A DNA stretch of 33,737 bases from Spirochaetales bacterium. GTDB taxonomy: Bacteria > Spirochaetota > Spirochaetia > SZUA-6 > DRHE01. Below the pieces are notes generated by a model. That model was not told where the DNA came from and did no database searches. It saw only the letters and a program-made list of their open reading frames with translations. A program made the position numbers and the translations under genes. The DNA lies in contig JAFGQJ010000112.1 in the NCBI GenBank assembly GCA_016935715.1, positions 1-33,737 on the forward strand, in the 5' to 3' direction. Shown here piece by piece: positions 9,747 to 18,717 of this stretch (the stretch's first letter is position 1; every line of letters begins with the position of its first letter).

Positions 9747-11366
9747 ATGCCGGGAATGATCGTCGCCTCCGAGCCTCTCGCGGTGGAAGAGGGATGGCGG
9801 GTGCTGGTGGAAGGCGGCAACGCGGTGGATGCTGCGGTTACGGCCGCTTTGGTGCAGGGCGTTGTGAATCCGCAGATGTGCGGGATCGGCGGCTATACGC
9901 TCTTGAACCTGTTTGTTCCGGGAAAGGGCGGTCAAGGACTCTCCCAAATCCACGACGCGCCGGCTCTGGCTGGTTCTGCAGTGAGGCCGGACATGTGGGT
10001 CAACGAGGTGATCCGGCCGAATCCCGACGGGTGGGGCTATTTCCTGAAAAACGGCGTCAACACGGTGGGATACACCGCCATCTGTACGCCCGGAGCAGTA
10101 AGAGGGCTGACAGAGATGCTCTCAAACTGGGGAACGATCTCATGGAAGCGTGCTCTGCAACCCGCGATTCGCATCGCCCGCGAGGGCTATATGGTCAGCG
10201 CCGCTGTGGACAACTACTGGAAGGAACGGGCCAGATACCCCGAGGCCTACTCCTTTATCGATATCATCCGCAGCAATGCCGAAGCGAGCCGGATCTACCT
10301 CACGGCCGAGGGAAAGTCTCTCGACAAGGGGGCAGCGCTAAGAAACCCCGACTACGCCGCTACGTTGACCCGGCTGGCAAACGACGGGCCGGAAGATTTC
10401 TACACGGGGAGCCTGGGTGAGATCATCAGCAGGGATCTGGATAAGAATGGCAGCTTTGTCACCATCTCTGACCTGGAAAATTACCAGGCACGTTCGGGCG
10501 ACCCCATAGCGACAACCTACCGCGGCTTCCGTGTGGAAACGGTTCCGCCTCCCCACGGGGGAGCGACCCTGCTCGCCATCCTCAACATCCTGGAGCATTT
10601 TGACCTGCGTTCCATGGGACACAATTCGCCGGATTACATCTACACGATAGCCATGGCCATGAAAGCGGGCTTTGCCGATCGCAATCCCCATCTCGGGGAT
10701 CCGAGCTTCGTGAATGTTCCTCTGGAGTGGATGATCTCCAGCGAAAGAGCTCGATACTGGTACGAAGAGATCCGGAGCGGCGGGCCGATTGAGGTGGTCT
10801 TTGCGCCTTCAGAGCCCCCGGAGACCACCCACCTCAGCGTGGTCGACAGCGGCGGAAACTGCGTCGCCCTGACGCATTCCCTCGGGACTTCCTCCGGCGT
10901 GATTACCCCGGGCCTGGGCTTCATGTACAACAACTCCATGGTCAATTTTCACCCGGTCCCGGGTCACCCCAATTCAATCGCTGCGGGCAAGGGGCGCACC
11001 ACCGGCATGACGCCGACCATCATCTACAGGAAGGATCAGCCCATTCTGGTGATCGGCGCCCCGGGGGCGACCCGGATCATCACCTCTTTGGTCCAGGTGA
11101 TTGTGAATGTGATCGATTTCGGCATGCCTGTAGAGCGGGCGGTGCTCGCTGCCCGCATGGACTGCCAGGGCGACCTCATCCGCTGCCAGGCCCGCATTCC
11201 CGGCCACGTATGCGCTGAAGTCGAGAAGCGCCATCCCGTCCGGCGCATGCCCGAGAGCCACGGGGGGCTCGGCCTGGTGCACGCGATCGCCATCGATCCC
11301 GAGTCTGGGGTTTTGTCCGGGGCAGCCGATTTCGGCAGCGGGGGAATGGCCCTGGAGGTCGAGTAG
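9747..11366 (+). CDS. ggt: Gamma-glutamyltransferase family Ntn-hydrolase, cytoplasmic, with atypical donor site
   Basis: GGNAVDAAV, P-x2-CGIGG, ETTHLSVVD (autoprocessing Thr) and GAPGA. No signal peptide. Confidence 0.88.
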   Translation: MPGMIVASEPLAVEEGWRVLVEGGNAVDAAVTAALVQGVVNPQMCGIGGYTLLNLFVPGKGGQGLSQIHDAPALAGSAVRPDMWVNEVIRPNPDGWGYFLKNGVNTVGYTAICTPGAVRGLTEMLSNWGTISWKRALQPAIRIAREGYMVSAAVDNYWKERARYPEAYSFIDIIRSNAEASRIYLTAEGKSLDKGAALRNPDYAATLTRLANDGPEDFYTGSLGEIISRDLDKNGSFVTISDLENYQARSGDPIATTYRGFRVETVPPPHGGATLLAILNILEHFDLRSMGHNSPDYIYTIAMAMKAGFADRNPHLGDPSFVNVPLEWMISSERARYWYEEIRSGGPIEVVFAPSEPPETTHLSVVDSGGNCVALTHSLGTSSGVITPGLGFMYNNSMVNFHPVPGHPNSIAAGKGRTTGMTPTIIYRKDQPILVIGAPGATRIITSLVQVIVNVIDFGMPVERAVLAARMDCQGDLIRCQARIPGHVCAEVEKRHPVRRMPESHGGLGLVHAIAIDPESGVLSGAADFGSGGMALEVE

Positions 11367-11369
11367 GCT

Positions 11370-11431
11370 TCCCGGCCGCCCTCATGCCGGGAGCGGGGCG
11401 ATCCACCGCCGCGGGGACACGATAGCGGCGG
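11370..11431. terminator. Two GC-rich hairpins between the convergent ggt and nagA-like genes
   Basis: TCCCGGC/GCCGGGA (11370-11392) and CCGCCGC/GCGGCGG (11406-11431). No clear U-tract. Confidence 0.35.
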
Positions 11432-11455
11432 GGGGCTCTGTAGTCGCAGGGGGCT

Positions 11456-12616
11456 CTATGGCCGCCGCGGGTCGCTCGGCTTCCCGGCGACGATTACTTT
11501 CTGCAGCTCCAGGTCCGGGTTCACGATAATGATGTCGGCGTCCATACCGGAGGCTAGGTACCCTTTGCGATCGATGCCCAGCAGACGGGCGGCATTGCCT
11601 GAGCAGAGCATCGAGGCCTGCGGGAGCGAACGACCGTAAACGTTAACGGCGCGAAAGAATCCTTTTTCCAAGGTCAGGGCGCTACCGGACAGCAGGTCGT
11701 CCGACACCCTGCGCACCCCGCGATCCGGGGTCACTTCCAGTTTCCAGCCGGGATACAAGCCGTCGTATATTCCGGGGGAGCTGCCTGCGCCGGGTACGCT
11801 GTCGGTGATGAACACCACCCGCTCCATTCCCTTGCAGCGCAGTGATTTTTCCACCAGCATCGGATAGACGTGGACGCCGTCGGGAATGATTTCCACGGTC
11901 AGCCTGTCCTCGATGTTGATATAGTCGGTGACTCCTTCCGGGTAGACCCCCTCATCGATTTCCTCGGGAATGGGGAACAGGTCGTAGAAATGCGTTACCA
12001 GGCGCATGCCTGCGTCCACGGCCTCACGAATTTGGGGGACATCCGCGAAGCTGTGGGCCATGCTGGTGACGATGCCATTGCGCGCGGCCCAGCGGATGAA
12101 ATCCGTTGCCCCTTCCAGCTCGGGCGAAACGTCCCATATGCGGATCGTCCCTTGGCCGGCTTCGAACAGGGCCTCGGTGTTTTCCGCCGTGATCGGGGCC
12201 AGAGAGTCGGAAGAGCCGGCGCTGGCATCGCTGATGTAGAGGATTTCCGGTCTGAATCCCACCAGATTCGGCGTTCGTTTGAAGTGGTCGGTTTCCTTCA
12301 GTCCTTTTCGGATGACCTCGATGTCTTCCTGCAGTGTGCCGGCCAAGGTAGGAACGCAGGCTGTAATGCCGTGACCGAGCTGCAGGCGTGCAAACTCGGC
12401 CAGGTCCCCGTGATCGACCCGCACCTCGTGCAGCCCGTGGGTGTGGATGTCGATTAAACCGGGCAGCACGTAGCAGCCCTCCGCGTCGATTACCTCTTCC
12501 CCGTATTCACCTTTCAGCTCCGGGCCGATCGAGCGGATCGTCTTTCCCTCGGTCCGTACGTCGCAGCCGATTTCCATCCTGTTTGCATGCAGAACCTTGC
12601 CGTTTTTTATGATCAT
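11456..12616 (-). CDS. NagA-like (N-acetylglucosamine-6-phosphate deacetylase family) amidohydrolase, divergent
   Basis: PGLIDIHTHG, SPE, AHS, VTHF, DGVH, ITDS, LSGS and G-x-DADI motifs; GAGGAGG SD. Confidence 0.88.
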   Translation of the reverse strand: MIIKNGKVLHANRMEIGCDVRTEGKTIRSIGPELKGEYGEEVIDAEGCYVLPGLIDIHTHGLHEVRVDHGDLAEFARLQLGHGITACVPTLAGTLQEDIEVIRKGLKETDHFKRTPNLVGFRPEILYISDASAGSSDSLAPITAENTEALFEAGQGTIRIWDVSPELEGATDFIRWAARNGIVTSMAHSFADVPQIREAVDAGMRLVTHFYDLFPIPEEIDEGVYPEGVTDYINIEDRLTVEIIPDGVHVYPMLVEKSLRCKGMERVVFITDSVPGAGSSPGIYDGLYPGWKLEVTPDRGVRRVSDDLLSGSALTLEKGFFRAVNVYGRSLPQASMLCSGNAARLLGIDRKGYLASGMDADIIIVNPDLELQKVIVAGKPSDPRRP

Positions 12617-12636
12617 GAAGCTCCTCCTCAGCCGAA

Positions 12637-13476
12637 TCAGCCCTTGATGGCTCCAGCGGTTAGTCCCTTGATGAAGTATCGGGACAGGGCTACAAACAGA
12701 ATGATGGGCGGGACCGCGGCGGCCGACAGAATCGCGAACAGCAGGCCGTAGTCCGTTTCGTGCTTACCGAACAGCCGAGCGGTAGCCAGGGGGATGGTCA
12801 TCAACGAATCCTTGTTGATCAGGATCAACGGGAACCAGAAATCATTCCAGACCGGAACCAGATTGTACACCGCTACCACGACGATCGCCGGGCTCAGCAG
12901 GGGAACGATTACGCTGGTGAAGATGCGGGTCTCACCGTAGCCGTCGATCCGCGCCGCGTCACTGAGCTCATCTGGGATCTCCCGTATGAAGCCGGTGAAA
13001 ATCAGGATGCCCGCGGGTATGCCCATGGCCGTGTAGATTATTATCAGTGAAATCAAACTGTTGAACAGGTTGATGGTTATGAAAATCTGCATGATGTTGA
13101 TCGTGCCCAGCCGAATGGGAAGCATCAGACCGATCAGGAAATAGAGAAAAACCGTCTGGTTGCCCCGGAAGCGGTATTTGGCAATCGCGTAGGAGGCTAT
13201 GGAGGTTGCCATAATGGCGAAGAGGATGGCCAAGAATGACACCAGTACGCTGTTGAAGAAATATCGTTCGTAGCTCTGCTGGATGAACAGGCGGGCGTAA
13301 TTGTCCAGGAACAGTGGCTTGGGAAACGCGAAAGGGTTCTTGAAGATGAGGCGGCTGGCCTTCACCGAGGAAACCAGCATCAGCAGTATCGGAAACAGAA
13401 CGACCACGCTCTGGGCCAGTAGCACCAGATACAGCACCGTTCTCAGCGTTTGTCTCCGCACTTGCAGCCAGGTCAT
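12637..13476 (-). CDS. Carbohydrate ABC transporter permease (MalG-type)
   Basis: EAA loop IPDELSDAARIDG, WNDFWFPL and C-terminal GLTAGAIKG. Confidence 0.95.
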   Translation of the reverse strand: MTWLQVRRQTLRTVLYLVLLAQSVVVLFPILLMLVSSVKASRLIFKNPFAFPKPLFLDNYARLFIQQSYERYFFNSVLVSFLAILFAIMATSIASYAIAKYRFRGNQTVFLYFLIGLMLPIRLGTINIMQIFITINLFNSLISLIIIYTAMGIPAGILIFTGFIREIPDELSDAARIDGYGETRIFTSVIVPLLSPAIVVVAVYNLVPVWNDFWFPLILINKDSLMTIPLATARLFGKHETDYGLLFAILSAAAVPPIILFVALSRYFIKGLTAGAIKG

Positions 13477-13497
13477 TCGCTTGTTTCTCCCCGCAGC

Positions 13498-14400
13498 TCA
13501 GCCGCTGCGCCGAAAAATCCTGAGAAACAGAAGGACTCCCGTGAAGATGATGAAGAACATGATCGAGGCCAGCGCAGCCCCCAACCCGACGTCATTCACG
13601 TTGTTCATCACCGTCCCGAACGCCGTACGATAGAAGAACGAACCGAATACGTCGGTGGCGTATTCGGGATTTCCGTAGACCGTCTCCATGGTGTACACGA
13701 TTTCGAACTCGCTGAAATTGCCCACAAAGGTGAGGATCGTCACGATTCCGATAATCGGTTTCAATATGGGAATCAGGATGTGACGCACTTCACCGAGAGC
13801 ACCCAGTCCGTCGATTCTTCCCGCCTCGAGGATATCGGTGTTGATGCTGTCGATTCCCGCCGTGAAAAAGATGATGGGTATGCCGATGTAGTGCCAGGCC
13901 GTGACCACCGCCAGGATCGGCAGTGCCAGCAGCGGGTCGCCGAGCCAAGGCCGGATCAATGCTTCCAAACCGGCGGCGCGCAGGATGCGGTCGAATACGC
14001 CCCAAACTGGATTGAGGATAAGCTTGAAGACGAATCCCACGATAATGACCGATAGAGCCACGGGCACGAAAAAAAGTGTGCGAAAGAAACGCTGTCCCCG
14101 GAACTTGCGGGTCAGCAGCACGGCTAAAAAGAAGCCGAAGGCATTCTGAGTAATGCAGACCATCAGGAAGAACTGGACGTTGTTCCTGAGAACGTTGAAG
14201 AACCGCTCGCGGAAAGGAAACTGCGTAAACAGCTTGACGTAGTTACCGATGCCGACGAATTGGTTCGGCCGTATGCCCGTTCCCGTGTACAAGCTGAATC
14301 GCATCGATTGCAGGATCGGCATGATCATGAATGCCGTGTAGATGCTGAGGGCGGGCAACAGATAGAGCAGCAGGTAGAACCTGATCTTGCGAGATTGCAT
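13498..14400 (-). CDS. Carbohydrate ABC transporter permease (MalF-type)
   Basis: FVGIGNY, FFRTLFFVP, WLGDP and EAA loop ILEAGRIDG. Confidence 0.95.
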   Translation of the reverse strand: MQSRKIRFYLLLYLLPALSIYTAFMIMPILQSMRFSLYTGTGIRPNQFVGIGNYVKLFTQFPFRERFFNVLRNNVQFFLMVCITQNAFGFFLAVLLTRKFRGQRFFRTLFFVPVALSVIIVGFVFKLILNPVWGVFDRILRAAGLEALIRPWLGDPLLALPILAVVTAWHYIGIPIIFFTAGIDSINTDILEAGRIDGLGALGEVRHILIPILKPIIGIVTILTFVGNFSEFEIVYTMETVYGNPEYATDVFGSFFYRTAFGTVMNNVNDVGLGAALASIMFFIIFTGVLLFLRIFRRSG

Positions 14401-14416
14401 GCGATGATTTACCAGC

Positions 14417-14450
14417 CGACGTTCGCCCGGCTGAAGCCGAGCGAACGTCG
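14417..14450 (-). other. Stem-loop between SBP1 and the first permease (mRNA stabiliser or attenuator)
   Basis: CGACGTTCGC-C-CGGC-TGAA-GCCG-A-GCGAACGTCG. On the minus-strand RNA this is a 15-bp stem (one U-G pair) with a UUCA loop. Confidence 0.7.
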
Positions 14451-14464
14451 ACCCTCAGTATGGC

Positions 14465-15745
14465 TCAATAATACCAGGTGTCCAGGCCTTTCTGGACGTG
14501 TGCGGTCGCCTCTTTGGCGCTCCACGTGCCGTTCATGAATTTCTGCATCGCCTCGTTCTCCAGGGTGGCCCCGCTGGGCTCCTGGCGGGAGAGCTTCTCC
14601 CACATGAGCTGCCCGGTGGTATCCACATCCGGCCGCTGGGCGATTTGCACGATTTCCAAGGCCAAAGGATCGGCTATGTCGAACTTGACTTTCAGAGGAG
14701 GGAACATGCCGGGAAGCTCGTTTGCCAAAAGCGAAGCGTGTTCGGGCGTGGCAACCCAGCGCAGGAACTCCACTCCCTCATCCTTGTATTGGGTCGCCTT
14801 GTTGAGGCCCAATCCCAGGTCCGCATAAAAGGCGTACTGCATGCGGTCGCCCTTCTTTTCAACCGGCGGTCCGAACCAGCCAACCTCCAGGCCGGAATCC
14901 CGTATGATGCCTAGCTCCCAGGAGCCGGCTATCCACAGGGCCGCCTGCCCGTTGATGAACATCTGCTGCATAGTCACGTAATCGATAGCCTGATAATTCG
15001 GGGGGAAGAACTCGATCAGCTCCTTCATCTTCTCATAGGCTTTGACAAACAGCGGATCGGTGTATTTGATCTCCTTGTTGATCAGCTTCTGGCGGGTTTT
15101 TTCCCCTCCGTAGAAGTTCGGACCCAGATCGCACAGCAGAGTCTCTGTCAGTACCCACTGCTCATTGGTGCCGTGAGCGAGAACCGTTTCACCGGCGTTC
15201 TTGAGTTTGCGGCTCAGCTGAATAAACTCGTCCCAGGTAACGGGCTCCTGGAGGCCATGCTCGGAGAATATTTCCAGGTTGGTCCATACACCGGTGATCG
15301 AGCCGAAATAGGGTAGCCCGTAGCTCACCCCATCCTCGGTTGCCCAGGTAGCCACGGAATTGGCGGTGAAGTCGGAGCGCAGATTCGGCACCAGGTCGTT
15401 CAACTCGTATATGTAGCCCGCGTCGTAGATCTGACGACCCCCATCGTAGGATCGCAGGATCATGATGTCCGCACCGACACCTGTTTCGAGGGATGTCTTC
15501 AACGCCGTATCGTATTCCGAGTTCTTGATGGGTTCGAACTTGATCTGAATATTAGGATGCTTTTCCATGAAAACCGCATTTATGCGGTTCTCCCGTTCGG
15601 CGTCCTCGGTCCTGAGGCTGGTGTATCTCAGCACCACCTTTTGCGGGCCGGCGGCCTGTTCTTCCCCGCCGCCCCCGGCGAACACGGGGCCCGCAGTCAA
15701 CGCCAGGGCCACTGCGATAATCACTAACACAACGCCATTTTTCAC
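14465..15745 (-). CDS. Carbohydrate ABC transporter solute-binding protein (family 1)
   Basis: Signal peptide MKNGVVLVIIAVALALTAGPVFA-GGGGEE, PVTWDEF, FINGQAALWIAGSW. GTG 15745 follows SD AAGGAGG; the track's start at 15961 is too long. Confidence 0.93.
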   Translation of the reverse strand: MKNGVVLVIIAVALALTAGPVFAGGGGEEQAAGPQKVVLRYTSLRTEDAERENRINAVFMEKHPNIQIKFEPIKNSEYDTALKTSLETGVGADIMILRSYDGGRQIYDAGYIYELNDLVPNLRSDFTANSVATWATEDGVSYGLPYFGSITGVWTNLEIFSEHGLQEPVTWDEFIQLSRKLKNAGETVLAHGTNEQWVLTETLLCDLGPNFYGGEKTRQKLINKEIKYTDPLFVKAYEKMKELIEFFPPNYQAIDYVTMQQMFINGQAALWIAGSWELGIIRDSGLEVGWFGPPVEKKGDRMQYAFYADLGLGLNKATQYKDEGVEFLRWVATPEHASLLANELPGMFPPLKVKFDIADPLALEIVQIAQRPDVDTTGQLMWEKLSRQEPSGATLENEAMQKFMNGTWSAKEATAHVQKGLDTWYY

Positions 15746-15918
15746 TTCGTCCTCCTTGATCCTTGAAGTTTTTGTAGAAACATCTCGATCGGGGTCCCTC
15801 ATCCTTTGAACCGAATGCAGTTGGAGTTTGCCTATTACCTCCTTTCCCGACCTGTCTGCACAACGCTCGATCGCTGGGTTCGATCCAACTGCGAAGCGAC
15901 GCGCGGGCAGATGAATCC

Positions 15919-15946
15919 CTTCTATCAGGTAAAACCCCCTCGTCAA
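15919..15946 (-). promoter_or_regulatory. Possible promoter for the SBP1 operon
   Basis: Minus strand TTGACG-N16 (ending TG-A)-TAGAAG just downstream of the ROK stop; the -10 box is imperfect. Confidence 0.35.
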
Positions 15947-15962
15947 CCAAAGTCCGAACAAC

Positions 15963-17171
15963 CTATGGACAGAAGATCCGGTCCATCGCGATCAGGGCGA
16001 TTCCTAGGGCTGAGCTGTCGACCCCCAGCTTCGAAACTCTGATCTCGATGTCCTCGGCGATACCCATCATCGTGTATTGCTTCAGGGATTCTTTGATGCT
16101 GTCGATCAATATGCTGCCGGCGTTGACCAATCCGCCCCCCAGGATCAACAGCTGCGGATCGAGCAAGTTCACCGCATTCGCCGTGGCGGCCCCTATGTAT
16201 CTCCCTGCTTCCCTCAGCAGGGCAACGGAATACTCGTCGTTCATGCTGGCGGCTATGGCGACATCGTGGGCCGTGACGGTTTCACATTTTCCGTGGGTCA
16301 GCCGCTCGAGCAGTTCGGATCGCTTCTCGGCGATTCCGCTTGCGGCCTGGCGGGCGATTCCTCTGCCGGAGGCCACGGTCTCCAGGCATCCCCGTTTGCC
16401 GCAGGTGCACTCCGTACCGTCGAGCTTGACGACCGAATGACCGATTTCCCCCGCTTTGTAGCCGCTTCCGGTATACAGCTCGCGGTTGAGAAAAAGAGAC
16501 ATCCCGATGCCGTAGCCCAGATCCAGGGTCAAAAAATCTTTGGCCTGCTTGCCTTCCCCCAGCCAACGTTCTGCAAAGCCCGCCGCCCTGGAGCAGTCCT
16601 CCACGTAAACCGGCTTTCCCTGCTCCTGTTCAAAGATCTCCCGTATGCGTACATCCCGCCAACCCGGAATGTTCTCCGCGATCACCGAGATCCCGGTGTC
16701 GGGATTGACGAATCCGGGGACGCACAGCCCGATTGATGGAATTTCAGCGGTGGCGCGTTGCGATTTGATCAGAGTTTGGCAGACTGTCTTCATCTGCTCG
16801 AGGATCAGCTTGACGGGAAGTTGGGGTCTTATTTCGAAATACACCCGGTCCACGACCTCGCCTCTAAGATTGACGAGGATGCCGATTACGTGGGTTGCAC
16901 CGAGATCGATGCCGATGAAATTGCTGTGTGCCCCGTTCAGTCGCAGGATCTCCTGCCTCCGTCCGACCTGCGAGTCCTTGTATCCCGCGCTTTCGATCAA
17001 CAGCTTGTTGGAAAGATCCCGCACTAGTGTCGACACCGTTTTCTTGTCGATATCGAGGGCTTCGGCTATCTCGGTGCGCGTACAGTTGTCCTTCTCCCGT
17101 ACGAAGTTGAGCACCTGGAGCTGTTTGGCATGTACACTGTCCAGGTCCGAAAAATTCTTCGTTTTTCTCAT
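15963..17171 (-). CDS. ROK family transcriptional repressor (NagC/XylR-like)
   Basis: N-terminal HTH (TRTEIAEALDIDKKTVSTLV), IGIDLGAT, GYGIG, AGEIGH and Zn motif CTCGKRGCLE. Confidence 0.95.
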   Translation of the reverse strand: MRKTKNFSDLDSVHAKQLQVLNFVREKDNCTRTEIAEALDIDKKTVSTLVRDLSNKLLIESAGYKDSQVGRRQEILRLNGAHSNFIGIDLGATHVIGILVNLRGEVVDRVYFEIRPQLPVKLILEQMKTVCQTLIKSQRATAEIPSIGLCVPGFVNPDTGISVIAENIPGWRDVRIREIFEQEQGKPVYVEDCSRAAGFAERWLGEGKQAKDFLTLDLGYGIGMSLFLNRELYTGSGYKAGEIGHSVVKLDGTECTCGKRGCLETVASGRGIARQAASGIAEKRSELLERLTHGKCETVTAHDVAIAASMNDEYSVALLREAGRYIGAATANAVNLLDPQLLILGGGLVNAGSILIDSIKESLKQYTMMGIAEDIEIRVSKLGVDSSALGIALIAMDRIFCP

Positions 17172-17183
17172 ATTGTTCCCCGA

Positions 17184-17212
17184 ATAGTAACATGGATGGC
17201 GGAAAAATGCAA
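17184..17212 (-). promoter_or_regulatory. sigma70-type promoter of the ROK gene
   Basis: Minus strand TTGCAT-N17 (ending TG-T)-TACTAT; the -10 box ends 12 nt before the ATG. Confidence 0.6.
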
Positions 17213-17285
17213 TTTCCTTGTAACAATCCCTTTTTTGACTGTTGTTGAGCTATTAGGCGTATTAGGAGTTTTATTTGCCCTATTA

Positions 17286-17317
17286 TTGACTAATCGGCAT
17301 ATTGGACTATAATAGTC
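17286..17317 (+). promoter_or_regulatory. sigma70 promoter of the DegT-dehydrogenase operon with overlapping palindrome
   Basis: TTGACT (17286-17291)-N16-TATAAT (17308-17313). The inverted repeat GACTAT-A-ATAGTC (17305-17317) covers the -10 box. Confidence 0.75.
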
Positions 17318-17376
17318 GTGACGCTGCTGCAACATACAATCGAATCAAACCGCCGGATTCTCAATTGGAGGAAGAA

Positions 17377-18705
17377 ATGAAAGACCGATTGGCTATCGAG
17401 GGAGGAAACCCGGTTATCGAGCCAGGGTCGGTCAAACCCTGGCCGGTGATCGATCAACGGGACAAGGACGCCGTCATGCGTGTCCTGGACGGTGCCTATC
17501 TATGCGGAGGGGGAGCCCCCGAAGCCAAGGCATTGGAGGAGGAGTGGGCCCGCTACGTGGGCCGAAAATACTGTTTGACCACGAGCAGCGGAACCGCCGC
17601 CCTCCACATGGCCCTGGCGGCTTTGAACATCGGTCCAGGGGATGAGGTGATCGTGCCCTCTCACACATTCCTGGCAACCGCATCCTGCGTGCTGCATGCA
17701 GGGGCGATCCCCGTTTTCGTGGATATCGACCGCCGGACCTATACCATGGATCCCGAGAAGATCGAGGAGAAAACCAGCGATCACACCAAGGCGATCATTC
17801 CGGTGCACCTGCATGGATTGTGCGCGGACATGGACCGGATTCAGTCGATCGCGAAAAAACACAAACTCTTCGTGATTGAAGACGCCTGCCAGGCCCATGG
17901 TGCGGAATACAACGGAAAGAAAGCCGGTACGCTGGGGGACCTGGCCGCGTTCAGTTTGAACAGTTCCAAGAACCTCTGTGCGGGAGAGGGGGGTTTGCTG
18001 GTCATGGATGATGATACCCACTTCTCCCGGGCCGATATGCTGCGGATGTTCGGAGACGAGGTAGACGATGAAACCAAGCTGCGGGTCTACAACGCTTCGA
18101 TTCTCGGCTACATGTACAGGAACCAGGAGCTGCCGGCCGCCTTTACGCGGGCGCAGCTGCAGCGATTGGATGAGAACAACGATATTCGCATTCAAAACTG
18201 TGATTATTTGAGTGAAAATCTCAAGGGAATTCCCGGACTGCATACCCCCTATGTCCCGGAAGGATACAAACATGTCTATTGGATGTACGTTATAGAGTTC
18301 TATCCGGAAGAGACGGACATAGGCTTGAGCCCGACAGAATTCCGCATCGGAATGGAAAAAGCTCTGTTCGCCGAAGGGGTTCAGCTGGGTCAGTGGCAGA
18401 CGATGCCCGTTCCCGATCAGGACCTGTTCCAGACGAAGAAGGGATATGCGGCCAGCGGTTTCCCGTGGAGTTATACCGAACGGGGCAAACAGATCGTCTA
18501 CAGGGGAACGGAATTCCCCAATGCACTGGATCTGTGCGAACGCTACACCGCGGTGGTCGGTTTTGCTCCCCCCAATGATCTGAGCTTGATGGAGAAGTAC
18601 GTAAAGGCCTTCAAGAAAGTCTTCGCCAACCTCGGTGTCGTAAAGAAGCATTGGCAGGATGACATGGTGGCCCACTACCGGGGCGAGTTGTTCCGGGCGA
18701 AATAG
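17377..18705 (+). CDS. DegT/DnrJ/EryC1/StrS family PLP-dependent aminotransferase
   Basis: SSGTAALH, GPGDEVIVP, IEDACQAHG and FSLNSSKNLCAGEGG (PLP Lys); N-terminal LAIEGGNPV...WP. ATG 17377 follows GGAGGA. Confidence 0.95.
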   Translation: MKDRLAIEGGNPVIEPGSVKPWPVIDQRDKDAVMRVLDGAYLCGGGAPEAKALEEEWARYVGRKYCLTTSSGTAALHMALAALNIGPGDEVIVPSHTFLATASCVLHAGAIPVFVDIDRRTYTMDPEKIEEKTSDHTKAIIPVHLHGLCADMDRIQSIAKKHKLFVIEDACQAHGAEYNGKKAGTLGDLAAFSLNSSKNLCAGEGGLLVMDDDTHFSRADMLRMFGDEVDDETKLRVYNASILGYMYRNQELPAAFTRAQLQRLDENNDIRIQNCDYLSENLKGIPGLHTPYVPEGYKHVYWMYVIEFYPEETDIGLSPTEFRIGMEKALFAEGVQLGQWQTMPVPDQDLFQTKKGYAASGFPWSYTERGKQIVYRGTEFPNALDLCERYTAVVGFAPPNDLSLMEKYVKAFKKVFANLGVVKKHWQDDMVAHYRGELFRAK

Positions 18706-18717
18706 GAGGAGGATGCC

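Noticed and set aside
15790-15840. GGCAAAC on the minus strand, suggesting a c-di-GMP-I riboswitch
   Set aside because: The GNRA-capped P2 stem and the GACGCAAAGC segment are absent.
15746-15961. N-terminal extension of SBP1 in the ORF track (likewise starts 7, 6634, 17302, 23927, 24088, 28807, 29843)
   Set aside because: Downstream starts fit better, based on SD sequences, signal peptides or gene spacing. Several of the upstream TTGs are the -35 boxes of promoters.
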